Shown one piece after another: positions 127,251-137,596 of a DNA stretch of 248,000 nucleotides. The stretch spans positions 20,001-268,000 of the forward strand of contig VRVR01000022.1 in assembly GCA_009859145.1 (NCBI GenBank), in the 5' to 3' direction. Below the pieces are notes generated by a model. The model was not told where the DNA came from. It ran no database searches and was given only the letters and a program-made list of their open reading frames with translations. The first letter of the stretch is position 1. Every line of letters begins with the position of its first letter. The position numbers and the translations under genes were made by a program. Source of the DNA: Andalucia godoyi And28. Taxonomy: Eukaryota > Protista > Jakobida.

Positions 127251-128522
127251 ATGCGTCGTGTTACTTGGCAAGCGGATGCCGACGAGTATGTCCGATACAA
127301 GGAGCATTCGACTCCCGGAGGTGCACCTTCTCCAGGACTTCATTCTTCGACTGGGCCAGGACCACTGGCACACGCGCCTCACTCCTCGACTGCCTCTGGC
127401 TATGCGCCGCTTGACCGCTCTGTTTTGGACTCGACAAGTTCCCCAGCCACTCAGAGCACGATGAATTCCAGCGGCACGTCAGGCAACTCGAACCATAGTT
127501 ATGCGAACACATATCAAGACCGTATCCCGGGGTTAATCTCGCAGTCACAGTCGCAGTCACAGTCGCAGCCGTTTCCTCGAGGTACGCCCTATCCACAACG
127601 GAATTCTAGAAATGCGACATCGAGCGGATCGGCGGTTACGGGATTCTCCGGAAGTGGAGTCGTTCATAGAATGCCTCCTGCGTCCCCACCGTCTCGGCAG
127701 ATCGATGCATATCATCGAATGCGAGACGGCAGTAGTTCATTGATTCATCAATCTCCGGATACTGCCAACAATAGTAATGCGAGTGGATTTGGGGGCAGTC
127801 TTGCGAGTTCCGCAACAGCAGCAGCAGCTGGTGGTGTCGGCGGAGGCAGTGGTAGCAATATCCACGGTGGAGGTGCATGGATCGAGAATCCGTGTGACCA
127901 CTGGGTGACGGTGTTTGGATTTCCAGCGTCGCGTTCATCAAGAGTCGTGGCCGAGTTTTCGCGAATTGGACTCGTATCTGCAACCTCGATTGTTTCTCCT
128001 TCCAACTCGTCTCTTCAGACGTCGCTGTTTTCGAACTCGATGACTGCGAATTCGTTCGTGTCGCCGCTTGATGGAGCTGAAGCAGCGGGTCAAGATGCTG
128101 GGGAGAGCGGGCATGGAAACTGGATTCACTTGCGGTTTGTATCACGCACCGATGCCCTCCATGCGCTCTCATGGCACTCGAGACTGCTGTTCCGCGACAC
128201 GATGATCGGAGTCACGCGTACAGAGCCCGAAGTCGTTCGGCTTGCCGAAGAACAAGCGGCCGGTGGGCGCATTGGATCTGTCCGGAAATCCACTGTGCAA
128301 AAAAAGAGAGCGTACACAGAGTCCATCGAGCCCACCATGCTGTTTGAGCAGCAGCAGCCACAATATCAACCACAATCACAGCAATCACAGCAACCGCAGC
128401 TGCAAAGACCCGGTGTGGTGGATTCATCGCTTTTGCTCGCAGAACCAGCCGCAAAGCAACCGCGGATCGAAAAGTGGGGCATCTGGTCTACCGTCAAGGA
128501 GTTCGTCATGGGCGGATTCTAA
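127251..128522 (+). CDS. NUP35: Nucleoporin Nup35/Nup53
   Basis: WVTVFGFP, GNWIHLRF, MIGV, terminal amphipathic WSTVKEFVMGGF. Confidence 0.85.
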   Translation: MRRVTWQADADEYVRYKEHSTPGGAPSPGLHSSTGPGPLAHAPHSSTASGYAPLDRSVLDSTSSPATQSTMNSSGTSGNSNHSYANTYQDRIPGLISQSQSQSQSQPFPRGTPYPQRNSRNATSSGSAVTGFSGSGVVHRMPPASPPSRQIDAYHRMRDGSSSLIHQSPDTANNSNASGFGGSLASSATAAAAGGVGGGSGSNIHGGGAWIENPCDHWVTVFGFPASRSSRVVAEFSRIGLVSATSIVSPSNSSLQTSLFSNSMTANSFVSPLDGAEAAGQDAGESGHGNWIHLRFVSRTDALHALSWHSRLLFRDTMIGVTRTEPEVVRLAEEQAAGGRIGSVRKSTVQKKRAYTESIEPTMLFEQQQPQYQPQSQQSQQPQLQRPGVVDSSLLLAEPAAKQPRIEKWGIWSTVKEFVMGGF

Positions 128523-128607
128523 ACTCTCCACTACCCCGTTCTGGAGTACCATGCAGTAAAAAATAGCTATAATACTTCTTCATAGTGGATTAATGATCCC
128601 TCCTCAC

Positions 128608-128957
128608 CGCTGATTAGTAACACGTCATTGTCATGCATAAACAGACACGGTCAATACTGGCCGACACTAGCACGTTTGTTTTCACAGGAATTCGTGCTTA
128701 CGCGTAGCCATCTATGATTCGTCCAGCGCACTGCCAAGAGGCGAACTTCCAAGACACGATCTCCACTCCCCAGCACGCAGGGTAGCCAACCCCAAGCAGA
128801 AGCCTCAGGGACCGTCTCTTGCAGAACTCTTGGTTTTCTGTTACGAGTGCACCAGGCGGAAGCAAAGTGTTTGCCTATCCCCTTCCCGGCAACGGGATGC
128901 AAGATTGAATATGCATGCCTATTCGTAGATATGCATGTTCAATGTATAATGCAGGCG
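128608..128957 (+). mobile_element. Non-autonomous Fanzor2 element, family A copy 2 (different internal deletion)
   Basis: CCGCTGATTAG left end; RDRLLQ..GGSKVF relic; last two hairpins and ..TAATGCAGGCG. Confidence 0.85.
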
Positions 128958-129145
128958 TCTGTGCAATTTTTCGGCTTTTCTAACTTTTTACCTGACGTAC
129001 TTGCAGCTCCCTGAATCCGCAAGTCCACATTCCGCAGAGTTCCCGCAGTTTGCAGTTCATTTTGTACTTTTCCACCCCTTTGGGTTCGTGGTTTATTCGA
129101 GCCGGTAGTTGCGGGATTGAGAAGAGCCTTTAGGAATTACGAGAA

Positions 129146-130018
129146 ATGTCCGTTCGTGTATGGTTTGTGACTGGGTGCTCGAATGGGTTTGGGCTGACGC
129201 TCAGCGAGACCCTTTTGAGGGCAGGAGAGCGGGTATTCATGACCGCACGCCGAGTGGACTCGCTGGCGAGCCTGCTGGCAGAGTTTCCCGAGACAGCCCG
129301 ATGTGCTGAGCTTGACGTGACGAGCAGCGCACAAGCCTCTGCTGCGGTGCAGAAGTGCATTGATGTGTTTGGACGTATCGATGTGCTGCTCAACAATGCG
129401 GGATACGGGCTGGTTGGTGCAGTGGAGGAGACATCGGATGCCGAGATGCAGAAAAACTTCCAAGCAAACTTTTTTGGCCCGGTTTATGTGACGCAGGCTG
129501 CGCTTCCGTTCTTGCGCAAGCAGGCAAAGGAGGTCGTGGACGCAAATCAGAAGCCAGTCATTTTGTTCAACACCGCGATTGCTGCGTTGGAGAATGAAGC
129601 GGGGTTCGGCATTTACGGAGCTGCCAAGGCTGCACAGGAGGCAGTTGCAGAGTCGCTCCGTAAGGAGCTGGTGCCCGTTGGAATCCGCGTGGGTACCATT
129701 GTGCTTGGACCATTTCGCACTGGCTTCATTGGGTCTGGTCTGCAGACCACAGAAAAGAAAATCGATGATTACACAAACTCGAGCGGGAAGTTTGCGCATC
129801 ACTTGACAAACGTGATCAACGGCAGGCAGCCGGGAGATCCCGAGAAAGCTTCCAAAGCGGTCCTGGAAGCCGTCGTTGGAGCATTTACTGGCAAGCACCA
129901 GCTGCCCCACCGCCTGATTCTTGGAAGTTTCGCAGTTGCAAAGGTCGATGCATCGCTTGCTCACAGGAAGAAGGAACTTGACGAATGGCGCAATGTTGGC
130001 CAGGGCTGCGACTTCTGA
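129146..130018 (+). CDS. Classical short-chain dehydrogenase/reductase, bacterial-like
   Basis: VWFVTGCSNGFG, NNAGYG, YGAAK, LGPFRT, PGDPEKA. Confidence 0.88.
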   Translation: MSVRVWFVTGCSNGFGLTLSETLLRAGERVFMTARRVDSLASLLAEFPETARCAELDVTSSAQASAAVQKCIDVFGRIDVLLNNAGYGLVGAVEETSDAEMQKNFQANFFGPVYVTQAALPFLRKQAKEVVDANQKPVILFNTAIAALENEAGFGIYGAAKAAQEAVAESLRKELVPVGIRVGTIVLGPFRTGFIGSGLQTTEKKIDDYTNSSGKFAHHLTNVINGRQPGDPEKASKAVLEAVVGAFTGKHQLPHRLILGSFAVAKVDASLAHRKKELDEWRNVGQGCDF

Positions 130019-130147
130019 TTCATTCTTGAAGAATGAGTGGAAAAAAACCTGCTACCACCCGACTGTATGCCTAGACCTCTGTAAACGAAATAGCCGTCCT
130101 TTCCTAGCGGATTTCTTCGTGCGCCCTGCAGATTTTATCTCTCCATT

Positions 130148-132391
130148 TTACTGCTGATCCTCAATACGATTCATCTTTTGAGAGTCGGCTTCATTGCCGC
130201 TGTGCACACGCTCACATTCGCAATCACAGTCACGGACTTCAAGGTGCTTCATGACTGCAGTCAGGTACGCGATAGCGGCCCACCGCTTATTCACTTCCGA
130301 AACTGCCTGTTGTGCGAATCCAATATTGTAGTAATCAAACTGGATGAACGTCGGAAGTCGATGACACTCGGTGGTCATTGCATCGACCCTGCGCATGATC
130401 GAATGATATCGATTAGCCTTGATTGCAAGGGATTTCCGTCCAGATGCAATTCCCAATATGTAGTGATGGATCATGACAAGGCCGTCCTGGCGCACCACGG
130501 GTTCGTACGCCTCTGTTCGCAGTCCAATCTTATCCAAACCATGTACATCACGAAAGTGGAAGTGGGTTTCACACAGAATGTGGTGTGCATCCACAAACTG
130601 CGGATACGGACTGTTCTTCTCATCGCATAAAACTACATATCGTATCTGTTTGGACGGCTGGGGCGACGCACCGTGCGACGGATCGTTTGCATCCAAGTCA
130701 ATCACAGTCTTTGTTTCCATGGCGCTCCCGTTTTCCGATGACACTGGAGATTCTTCTGCGTGAACGTCCTCGCCATTAAAACTTTCGCTTCCAGCCAACA
130801 GACATGGTGATGGCGATGGCGATGGCGATGGCGAAGACGAAGACGAAGGCGGGGAAAGCGCAGTGAGACATTGATAAGACGGCCATTCTCGAGGATGCCT
130901 TTGTGAAAGTTGTGGTGGAGTCCAAATCATATCAAAGATTCCGGCCTCCTCAAACTCCTTCTTGATCATGTTCCACATCGCAGCATGCCGATCGCATTTT
131001 CTCAGGTTTAAGAAAATGGTCACGATTGCGGGTGCACCGTTGGCATTTGCGCTTGTCTTTTCGGATTGTGTGCTGAAATGGGATTCAATCTCTTTTAGAA
131101 CCTTGTGGAGACGCTGATGACAGGGATCGATCCGTCGATCTCCACCTCCAGAATGGGCAACCCACATTCCAAGACGTCGTTTCGACTTCGGATCCGCACT
131201 TTCAAAAGACGCAATAGCATCTTTCTTTACGAAATCCACGCAAATCGGAAGTTTGAATGCTCTGATACCTTCTGCAAGCTGAACGCTCACAGGTTTTGTT
131301 GCGCACTGGTTCGCAACGATCGACAGTGACTTTGACAGCGAAGTAGAATTATGTGTCATCAGATAACATTGCTGAGAGTACGGCAAGCGATGCAGAATGC
131401 CATCCTCAATATTCAGCGAATCAAAATTCAAATTCAAAAGTGACTGGGAACGAATCGATCGATTCAAAACACTGCACAGATGCATCGAAAGAGGCTTTGG
131501 AATCCATATGTCGGAACCATTCAATACATCCGTTGACGCTGTGGCAAGTGCAGCACACGAATCGATGAACACGGGGTCGAATGTTTGAAGGTCTTTTGGC
131601 CCTTTCACGAGTTTGCACGTGTGGAAAAGATGGCAATAAGTCCTCCAGAACGAAGCATTTCTCTTTGTGCCCGTTCCAGCCGAAGAGGCCATATATTGCG
131701 GCAAGAAGGCCATGGCGGAGACGGAAGTTCCCGCGGAGGTACTGCCGCTGGTGGTGGTGGTGGTGGTGACTGCGGCGTCGCTGATCTTCTGAGCAACAGA
131801 GATGTGGACTGCGTAGACTGACGCAGCGGCAGGCGGTGTCCAATGATCGGGTGACACTGCATTTCCCAGTACTACAAATTCAGGGTGCGGACACTGTCCG
131901 CGCCACACCGCAACAGGACGTGTGGCGCCCGACTTCTGATCATTCCAAACAAGCGTGAAATCCCGGACAGGCATTACAAATCTGGGATCATTGACACAGA
132001 ATATAGCATATGCAATGTCTGTGGACTCGGGAATTCGGCCCGACACTGCATGCCCGAGAGGAACACATCCTTTGGGGGTCTTCGGGGCTACAAAGCCCCA
132101 CTTTTTCTTGTAAAACACCCCACCCGCTCCCCGCGTGTCCCATATCGGTTCGCTTTCCACCGGCTTCACCACATACGGATACAGCGGGTTGTGAATGCAG
132201 TGTCTCACCATCTCCATTCCTACCGGAACAACCGGAACAACCAGTGCTTCCGATTCTGCTGCGTTGGTCGCATTCAGGCACTCAGCACCACCACCGGCTT
132301 CAGAAGCAGCAGCACAATTCTGAAATAGACTCTTTTCAACTTCTGAATTCACCACCTGTCGTAAATCACTCGTCATTCCTTCGGGGGACAC
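130148..132391 (-). CDS. Vps62-like domain plus PI-PLC-like domain protein
   Basis: IWD..GAG..P.GCVPLG and VWR..CP..FVVLG; YSQ..YLMTHNS, NQ..SVQLAEGIR. Confidence 0.6.
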   Translation of the reverse strand: MSPEGMTSDLRQVVNSEVEKSLFQNCAAASEAGGGAECLNATNAAESEALVVPVVPVGMEMVRHCIHNPLYPYVVKPVESEPIWDTRGAGGVFYKKKWGFVAPKTPKGCVPLGHAVSGRIPESTDIAYAIFCVNDPRFVMPVRDFTLVWNDQKSGATRPVAVWRGQCPHPEFVVLGNAVSPDHWTPPAAASVYAVHISVAQKISDAAVTTTTTTSGSTSAGTSVSAMAFLPQYMASSAGTGTKRNASFWRTYCHLFHTCKLVKGPKDLQTFDPVFIDSCAALATASTDVLNGSDIWIPKPLSMHLCSVLNRSIRSQSLLNLNFDSLNIEDGILHRLPYSQQCYLMTHNSTSLSKSLSIVANQCATKPVSVQLAEGIRAFKLPICVDFVKKDAIASFESADPKSKRRLGMWVAHSGGGDRRIDPCHQRLHKVLKEIESHFSTQSEKTSANANGAPAIVTIFLNLRKCDRHAAMWNMIKKEFEEAGIFDMIWTPPQLSQRHPREWPSYQCLTALSPPSSSSSPSPSPSPSPCLLAGSESFNGEDVHAEESPVSSENGSAMETKTVIDLDANDPSHGASPQPSKQIRYVVLCDEKNSPYPQFVDAHHILCETHFHFRDVHGLDKIGLRTEAYEPVVRQDGLVMIHHYILGIASGRKSLAIKANRYHSIMRRVDAMTTECHRLPTFIQFDYYNIGFAQQAVSEVNKRWAAIAYLTAVMKHLEVRDCDCECERVHSGNEADSQKMNRIEDQQ

Positions 132392-132857
132392 ACACTCGGT
132401 TCTCGGATAGCCAAAAAAAATAAATTAAAAAAAAAGAAGAATGTCTACCAATGGCAGGAACAACGACGCATATAAACAGAACAAAAAGCACAAGTATGTG
132501 AAAGGAGGAGAAAAAAATACTAAAAAAAATAATATATATATATATATATAAATGTCAATCAACTTAAAAAATAAGCAAACGAAATGAAAAAGCCGAGTTT
132601 TTGCGGGAAAATCAGCGAAAACGCACGTTTTCTCCGTTTTGCATTTCCGCAAATGATTACAGCAGATGCTCATAACTTGCCGAGACGAAAGGAGGAACGA
132701 ATCATGAAGCAAACATGCGTACTGAAGAAGGATTACGAGCATTGCGTAATGAAGCAAGCAGAGCATCGAATAAGAAAGGTCAATTCTGTTGTGTGTAGAA
132801 CACGTGGAAATCATGGTATTCCCTTGCTACCAACTGGATACGGGGTAATCATCATGA

Positions 132858-133493
132858 TCATCTCCTCTTCACCGAGTGGTTCCTCTTGGGTGGTCTTCTG
132901 AAAACGGAATTTGGAGTTCCGACCTTGAAAAATGCTGTGATGAGCAATCTGAGAATGCAGAACAGGGCGGACAGTCCAATGATGCTACCCATCAAGATTC
133001 CTTGATACCTTTTCAACCAAGTGAACACGCGGTCTTTGAGAAACCGTGTGATTGATGAACATGCTCCTGATGTGGATGTGGATGTGCATTGGGATGTGGA
133101 TGTGGCCTTCAGATGCTGGAGAGACGCTGGAGGAGTTAGCCCCGGATATTTTTGCGACAAAACAAGAATGCACCAATCCATCGATGAGAAATCGCGGATC
133201 GCAGTGGTCAGTGCCGACATAGAGATCATGCGAACAGCATCGACAATGGAACAGAGAGTGGATTCCGCGAGTCTTGCGTGAGAGTTGCGACAGTGACTGA
133301 TGTTTTGGAAGACTTGCGACAAGACTCGGGCGTTGCATCGATCAACGTCGAGTACCGCGTTGACTTCAGAAAGCTCAAGGCCAAGTGCAAGACATCCGCA
133401 TCGTGCTGCAGCATCCGGAAGCCCTCGGTTCTGCAGAGACTCGACGGAATCAAGCGCCTTGTCAAGATCCATCATCTCCATCGTCATCGTCAT
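132858..133493 (-). CDS. Hypothetical protein with C-terminal TM segment
   Basis: 211-aa ORF. Confidence 0.45.
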   Translation of the reverse strand: MTMTMEMMDLDKALDSVESLQNRGLPDAAARCGCLALGLELSEVNAVLDVDRCNARVLSQVFQNISHCRNSHARLAESTLCSIVDAVRMISMSALTTAIRDFSSMDWCILVLSQKYPGLTPPASLQHLKATSTSQCTSTSTSGACSSITRFLKDRVFTWLKRYQGILMGSIIGLSALFCILRLLITAFFKVGTPNSVFRRPPKRNHSVKRR

Positions 133494-133746
133494 CGTCTCG
133501 CTGCGTCTTGCAAAACAGAATACTTGATGCGTGATTCACGTCCTTTGTTGTTCGTGTTTTTTTATTAAAAAAAAATGCTACTTGCAAACTGCAACCTGGC
133601 TGAGAACACATCAAAATCCTTTTCTTATTTTTGTCGGCTGAGGAACATACGCACGTTATCCGATTTGGTATATTGTAGACAGTGGTCAACGATGTTTTTT
133701 TCCCTGTGATTTTACAGAACTGTACTTTATACAGATGAAGTGTGCG

Positions 133747-136700
133747 CTACAAAAGGTGCGTTATCGGTGAATCGTCTTGCAAAAGCTGGAGGAGTTGGAG
133801 CCGTCGGACTTGCCGAGCCTTTTGAATTTCGAGCGCAATGCGTTCCTGGACAACTTCGAACATTTCCGGGACCGTGAATCGAACGTACAGGATAACATCG
133901 TCCTTCGGAGACGGAGGAGCCTGGACGCACATTGCTTGTTGCGCCGGAGTTCGAGGAGGTTGCTGGTGATCCGCTAGCGGTAATCCAACAAGAGGTGGGC
134001 TACTGACCGCCGAGCCACTTGCAGAACCACCACCAGGCGCTCCAGAAAAGGAGCCAGATGCGGAGTTCGTACCCGAACCTGAACCTGAACCCGAGCCAGA
134101 GCTGGAGCCAGAGCTGGAATTCGAGTTTGACGAGGAGGGCTGAATTGGGTTTTGTGCAGCGGAGGGCATTGTTGGTGAGACGGAAGACACAGATGCTTCA
134201 ATCTTGGGGTTTGCCGGCGGATCTCCACTGATGTGAAAATAAGGGACCACGAGAGCGAAGGTGTACGGCACTTCGCAGCGAACCACGCGGCCCCACAGAA
134301 TAGGAAACGACATGTCCACCTCTAGCGTCTCCGAGCCATCGATGCTTGGATGTGCAACATAGCAGAACGAGTTTGCGAAAAAGATGGTTGCGTCGTGACG
134401 ATACGCATATTCAGACCACATGATCGGTGGAGCGGGACCGTCTGGAGCACGAATTTCAGCACGCAGCCAGCAGGGAGACATGGAATCGACTGGCGCCGAC
134501 ATGGATACCTTCTGTCGGGTTCGGTATGGCCGGGTTGCGCGAGGAAACAGCAGCTCTCCATCCCTCCAATCATTCCGCTTGCTGTCCGGGCATGATACGC
134601 GCGGAAGAAGCGACCGAAGAGCAAGAAACTTGTGCAAATCGGCAACCATGACTTCCACAGGGGTCATCGGCAGCCTTCTCCAGGGCTCCACAGCTTCTCG
134701 AAATGTCGCACACTGCAAAACATTCGCTTCGGTCCAGTCAAACGGCGCGAAACACAAGGATGGATCGGATAAGAAGCGCTCCCAGCGCATCGACTCAATC
134801 TGCTTGAGTTTTGAAAACAGCGTGTCAATACGCGTGATAAAGAATTCATAAAACATCTGGTCGGGATCATTGAAAAACGCAAACGCACGCTTGCGTAAGC
134901 GCAGAAACAAGTTGAGCAAACGGTCCTTGGCTTGGGGAAACGACAGCCAGATGGAGTCAGAGAGCGCAAATGTCTGCGGATACGCAGATGGAATGGATGA
135001 CGACAGTTCGGAGGTGATGGAGGACGGATCCGAGACAGAGTATAGCATGGAAAGCAAACGACACGCAAGATGAACTGTGACGACTCGGCGCTTCGAAGAC
135101 GGGGAATCAATCACCATGAGAAGGGCTTCCGCGAAATCTGCTTCAGAGACGGGCCGATGAATGGGCAAAAACGTTCGAATTCGACTCGTTTCCGGGACTG
135201 CAAACAGGCGGATGCGAATGGGCAAAGAATAGGCTGCATACAGTGTGACTGTGATGTTCGTTTCCAGCGGTTCTCTCACGTCTTGTGAGCCTTGGCTCGT
135301 GTCTTCTTCAGGCCGACCCTCATGGCGGCCGTCCTCACCATTTGAACTTGTAGCTTTCTCTTCGGACGGACAATGGTCAGCCAAGTCTGCTGCATCGGAT
135401 TTGCTGTGTTTCCTGGACAAAACCGTAGTGTTCTTGAAGGCCATATCAGAATTCCTTTTTCCACCTTCTGAATTGTCGGGAAAGACACGATTTCCGGCTT
135501 CTGCTGCAGTAGGCGAGGTTGGAGCGGACAAGGATGAAGTCCCGTCCGCTTCCACGAGCAACTGCGCCACCAAAGACCGCTGTCTCAGCAACGAAGAGGG
135601 CAACAATCCAACACGATCCAAAACATGTGGGTCAATTTGATGATGCAATTCAACGAGTGCTCCAAAGAACGCAAGGGATGTCGAAACCACCCGGTCGTCC
135701 TCGTGTAGCAGAATGGAGGAAATCCGTTTTCCAAACACATTCGTTACCAAGGGCGACTTTTCCTCGAGTGCCGAATTTGCTAATGTCTGCAGAAACTCTG
135801 GGTCCCTTTCTCCCAGCAACCCGCACTGAGACAGCAAGAACAGCGTCCATCCGCAGTCAAAAGGCTTCGTAATCAACACATTAATAAACTCAGTGACTAG
135901 ATGAGAATGCAGAGCAGCGGACAACGGCGCAAGTCTCAGCGACAAGATATCGCCGAGATAGTACATATCGTCAAACACCTGGGAGGAAATTCTCCCCGTA
136001 AGCTTTCCATATTCAGGGAGTCCAAAGGACGATGTGTGGTGACGCATTCCGACACGAGTGGAGTGCAGCGGTGACTCCACTGCATATCCCCAAGCTTTGG
136101 CGATCTTATCCACATTTTCGCATGAGCCCATAAGCACAGAAACCAGTTTGCGGAGATAAGGATTCTCCTCTTTCCTTAGAACGAAGTCCATTGCCGGATT
136201 TGAAAACTCGCACACACGAAACACATTTAGCGCGATGGTACGGACGGATGCTCGGATCATGGCTTCCTCGTGGCGGAAGAACCTGATGGCCTCCGTATAC
136301 AGAGGAAACCGTGAGTCGTTCGGGAAAAAGAAGAACTGCAGGGTTCTTGTGTTGAGCTTAAAAGAGAGGATCTTCAAAAAAGTGACGTAATGTGCAAGCA
136401 CTTCTTCATCCTCAAAATCAAACCCGTGCATTCCGATAAATTCGTTGATGTTGTTCTGGCTCAGTAAGTAGTACAGACTCGTTTCGTTTCCAGTGTTTTG
136501 GACCAGAATTGAAAGCGTCTGCAAAGCTTGGATCTGGACGTGCCTTTGCGGATACTGCAACAAGAATATCTTGAGCATTTCTTCTTCGAAAAAGTAATGA
136601 AACAGCGAATCGTCATTCTGGTCGCTCCAGATAAGAATCTCTGCAAGCTGTCTCAAGTTTTCAATGAGCGCCGATTCATGCTGTCCACGCTTCTCACGAC

Positions 136701-136929
136701 TTGCCGTTGCACCATTTCCCGCCAGCACAATCGGAAAAGACTTTTGGAGCTGCGAATTCAGCTGCTTCAGCCGGTTCATTGAGAACTTTTTCTTGTCCTT
136801 CTTTTGAGAGCCTGACTCGGAGGGCGAGGAAGAAACAAAGTTTGGCGGAGACGACAGCGGAGGCGACGTCATGTTCGTTGGACTGTTACTGGACCCAACA
136901 GAATCCCACCATTGCGAAAGCCGCTTCAT
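133747..136929 (-). CDS. CLEC16A: CLEC16A/TT9 (FPL domain) protein
   Basis: LRQLAEILIWSDQND, QTLSILVQN, YYLLSQN.IN, FPLYTEAIRFF.H.E.MIR. Confidence 0.9.
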   Translation of the reverse strand: MKRLSQWWDSVGSSNSPTNMTSPPLSSPPNFVSSSPSESGSQKKDKKKFSMNRLKQLNSQLQKSFPIVLAGNGATASREKRGQHESALIENLRQLAEILIWSDQNDDSLFHYFFEEEMLKIFLLQYPQRHVQIQALQTLSILVQNTGNETSLYYLLSQNNINEFIGMHGFDFEDEEVLAHYVTFLKILSFKLNTRTLQFFFFPNDSRFPLYTEAIRFFRHEEAMIRASVRTIALNVFRVCEFSNPAMDFVLRKEENPYLRKLVSVLMGSCENVDKIAKAWGYAVESPLHSTRVGMRHHTSSFGLPEYGKLTGRISSQVFDDMYYLGDILSLRLAPLSAALHSHLVTEFINVLITKPFDCGWTLFLLSQCGLLGERDPEFLQTLANSALEEKSPLVTNVFGKRISSILLHEDDRVVSTSLAFFGALVELHHQIDPHVLDRVGLLPSSLLRQRSLVAQLLVEADGTSSLSAPTSPTAAEAGNRVFPDNSEGGKRNSDMAFKNTTVLSRKHSKSDAADLADHCPSEEKATSSNGEDGRHEGRPEEDTSQGSQDVREPLETNITVTLYAAYSLPIRIRLFAVPETSRIRTFLPIHRPVSEADFAEALLMVIDSPSSKRRVVTVHLACRLLSMLYSVSDPSSITSELSSSIPSAYPQTFALSDSIWLSFPQAKDRLLNLFLRLRKRAFAFFNDPDQMFYEFFITRIDTLFSKLKQIESMRWERFLSDPSLCFAPFDWTEANVLQCATFREAVEPWRRLPMTPVEVMVADLHKFLALRSLLPRVSCPDSKRNDWRDGELLFPRATRPYRTRQKVSMSAPVDSMSPCWLRAEIRAPDGPAPPIMWSEYAYRHDATIFFANSFCYVAHPSIDGSETLEVDMSFPILWGRVVRCEVPYTFALVVPYFHISGDPPANPKIEASVSSVSPTMPSAAQNPIQPSSSNSNSSSGSSSGSGSGSGSGTNSASGSFSGAPGGGSASGSAVSSPPLVGLPLADHQQPPRTPAQQAMCVQAPPSPKDDVILYVRFTVPEMFEVVQERIALEIQKARQVRRLQLLQLLQDDSPITHLL

Positions 136930-137271
136930 TCTCGATCCATTATCTGCTCAAGTAAAAATATTCACTCAATTCGCTCAATTCTCTTTTAACTCAACCAGAA
137001 GAGACAGCCTACGAAGAAAAACAACAACTTCAATTAAGCAAAACAAAGGAAAGACAGGATGGAATCAGCTGTCGGAGAGAGCAATCCATCGAGGAGTGAC
137101 ATAACGACAAGAGCACAAAAGAGCTTGCGCTTGGTTGAGGGGAAAACAGAGGCACGGAAAGGAAGGTCTGTGGATTCCAATTTGCAGTGGATTGAAGGGG
137201 TGTGTCGACTTTTGGCGATCTCTAAGTCGTGTTCCGTTTGGTGAAAAGAACTGCACTTTCTGTACTGTGTA

Positions 137272-137388
137272 GGTACGGCCATACTAGAGTGAAAATACCG
137301 CATCCCGTCCGATTTGCGAAGTCAAGTGCTCTCAGGCTGGAGTAGTACTGAGGTGGGTGACCACTCGGGAATTCCCAGTGCTGTACTT
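137272..137388 (+). rRNA. 5S rRNA gene, solitary
   Basis: GGTACGGCCATAC..CATCCCGTCCGAT..AGTACT..TGGGTGACCAC..GGGAA..GTGCTGTAC followed by a T-run terminator. Confidence 0.92.
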
Positions 137389-137596
137389 TTTGCGACTTTT
137401 TGCTTCTTCTTCTTCTTCTGTTGTTGTTTGTTGACTGCGCGTGCTTTTCATTCTCCTGCAGGAATGATGATGTCAACACCAACAAAAAGGCAACACAAGC
137501 GACTTGGAGATAGATACCTAGGAATAAAATTCACACACACGCACAACCCTTGTTTTTAAATGAATTGCTGACAGTTTGTAAAGCACACAGTAAAAC

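Noticed and set aside
129014-129026. TCCGCAAGTCCA 12-mer shared with about 103005-103020, both downstream of Fanzor relics
   Set aside because: Too short, at different distances from the ends, and with no extended homology.
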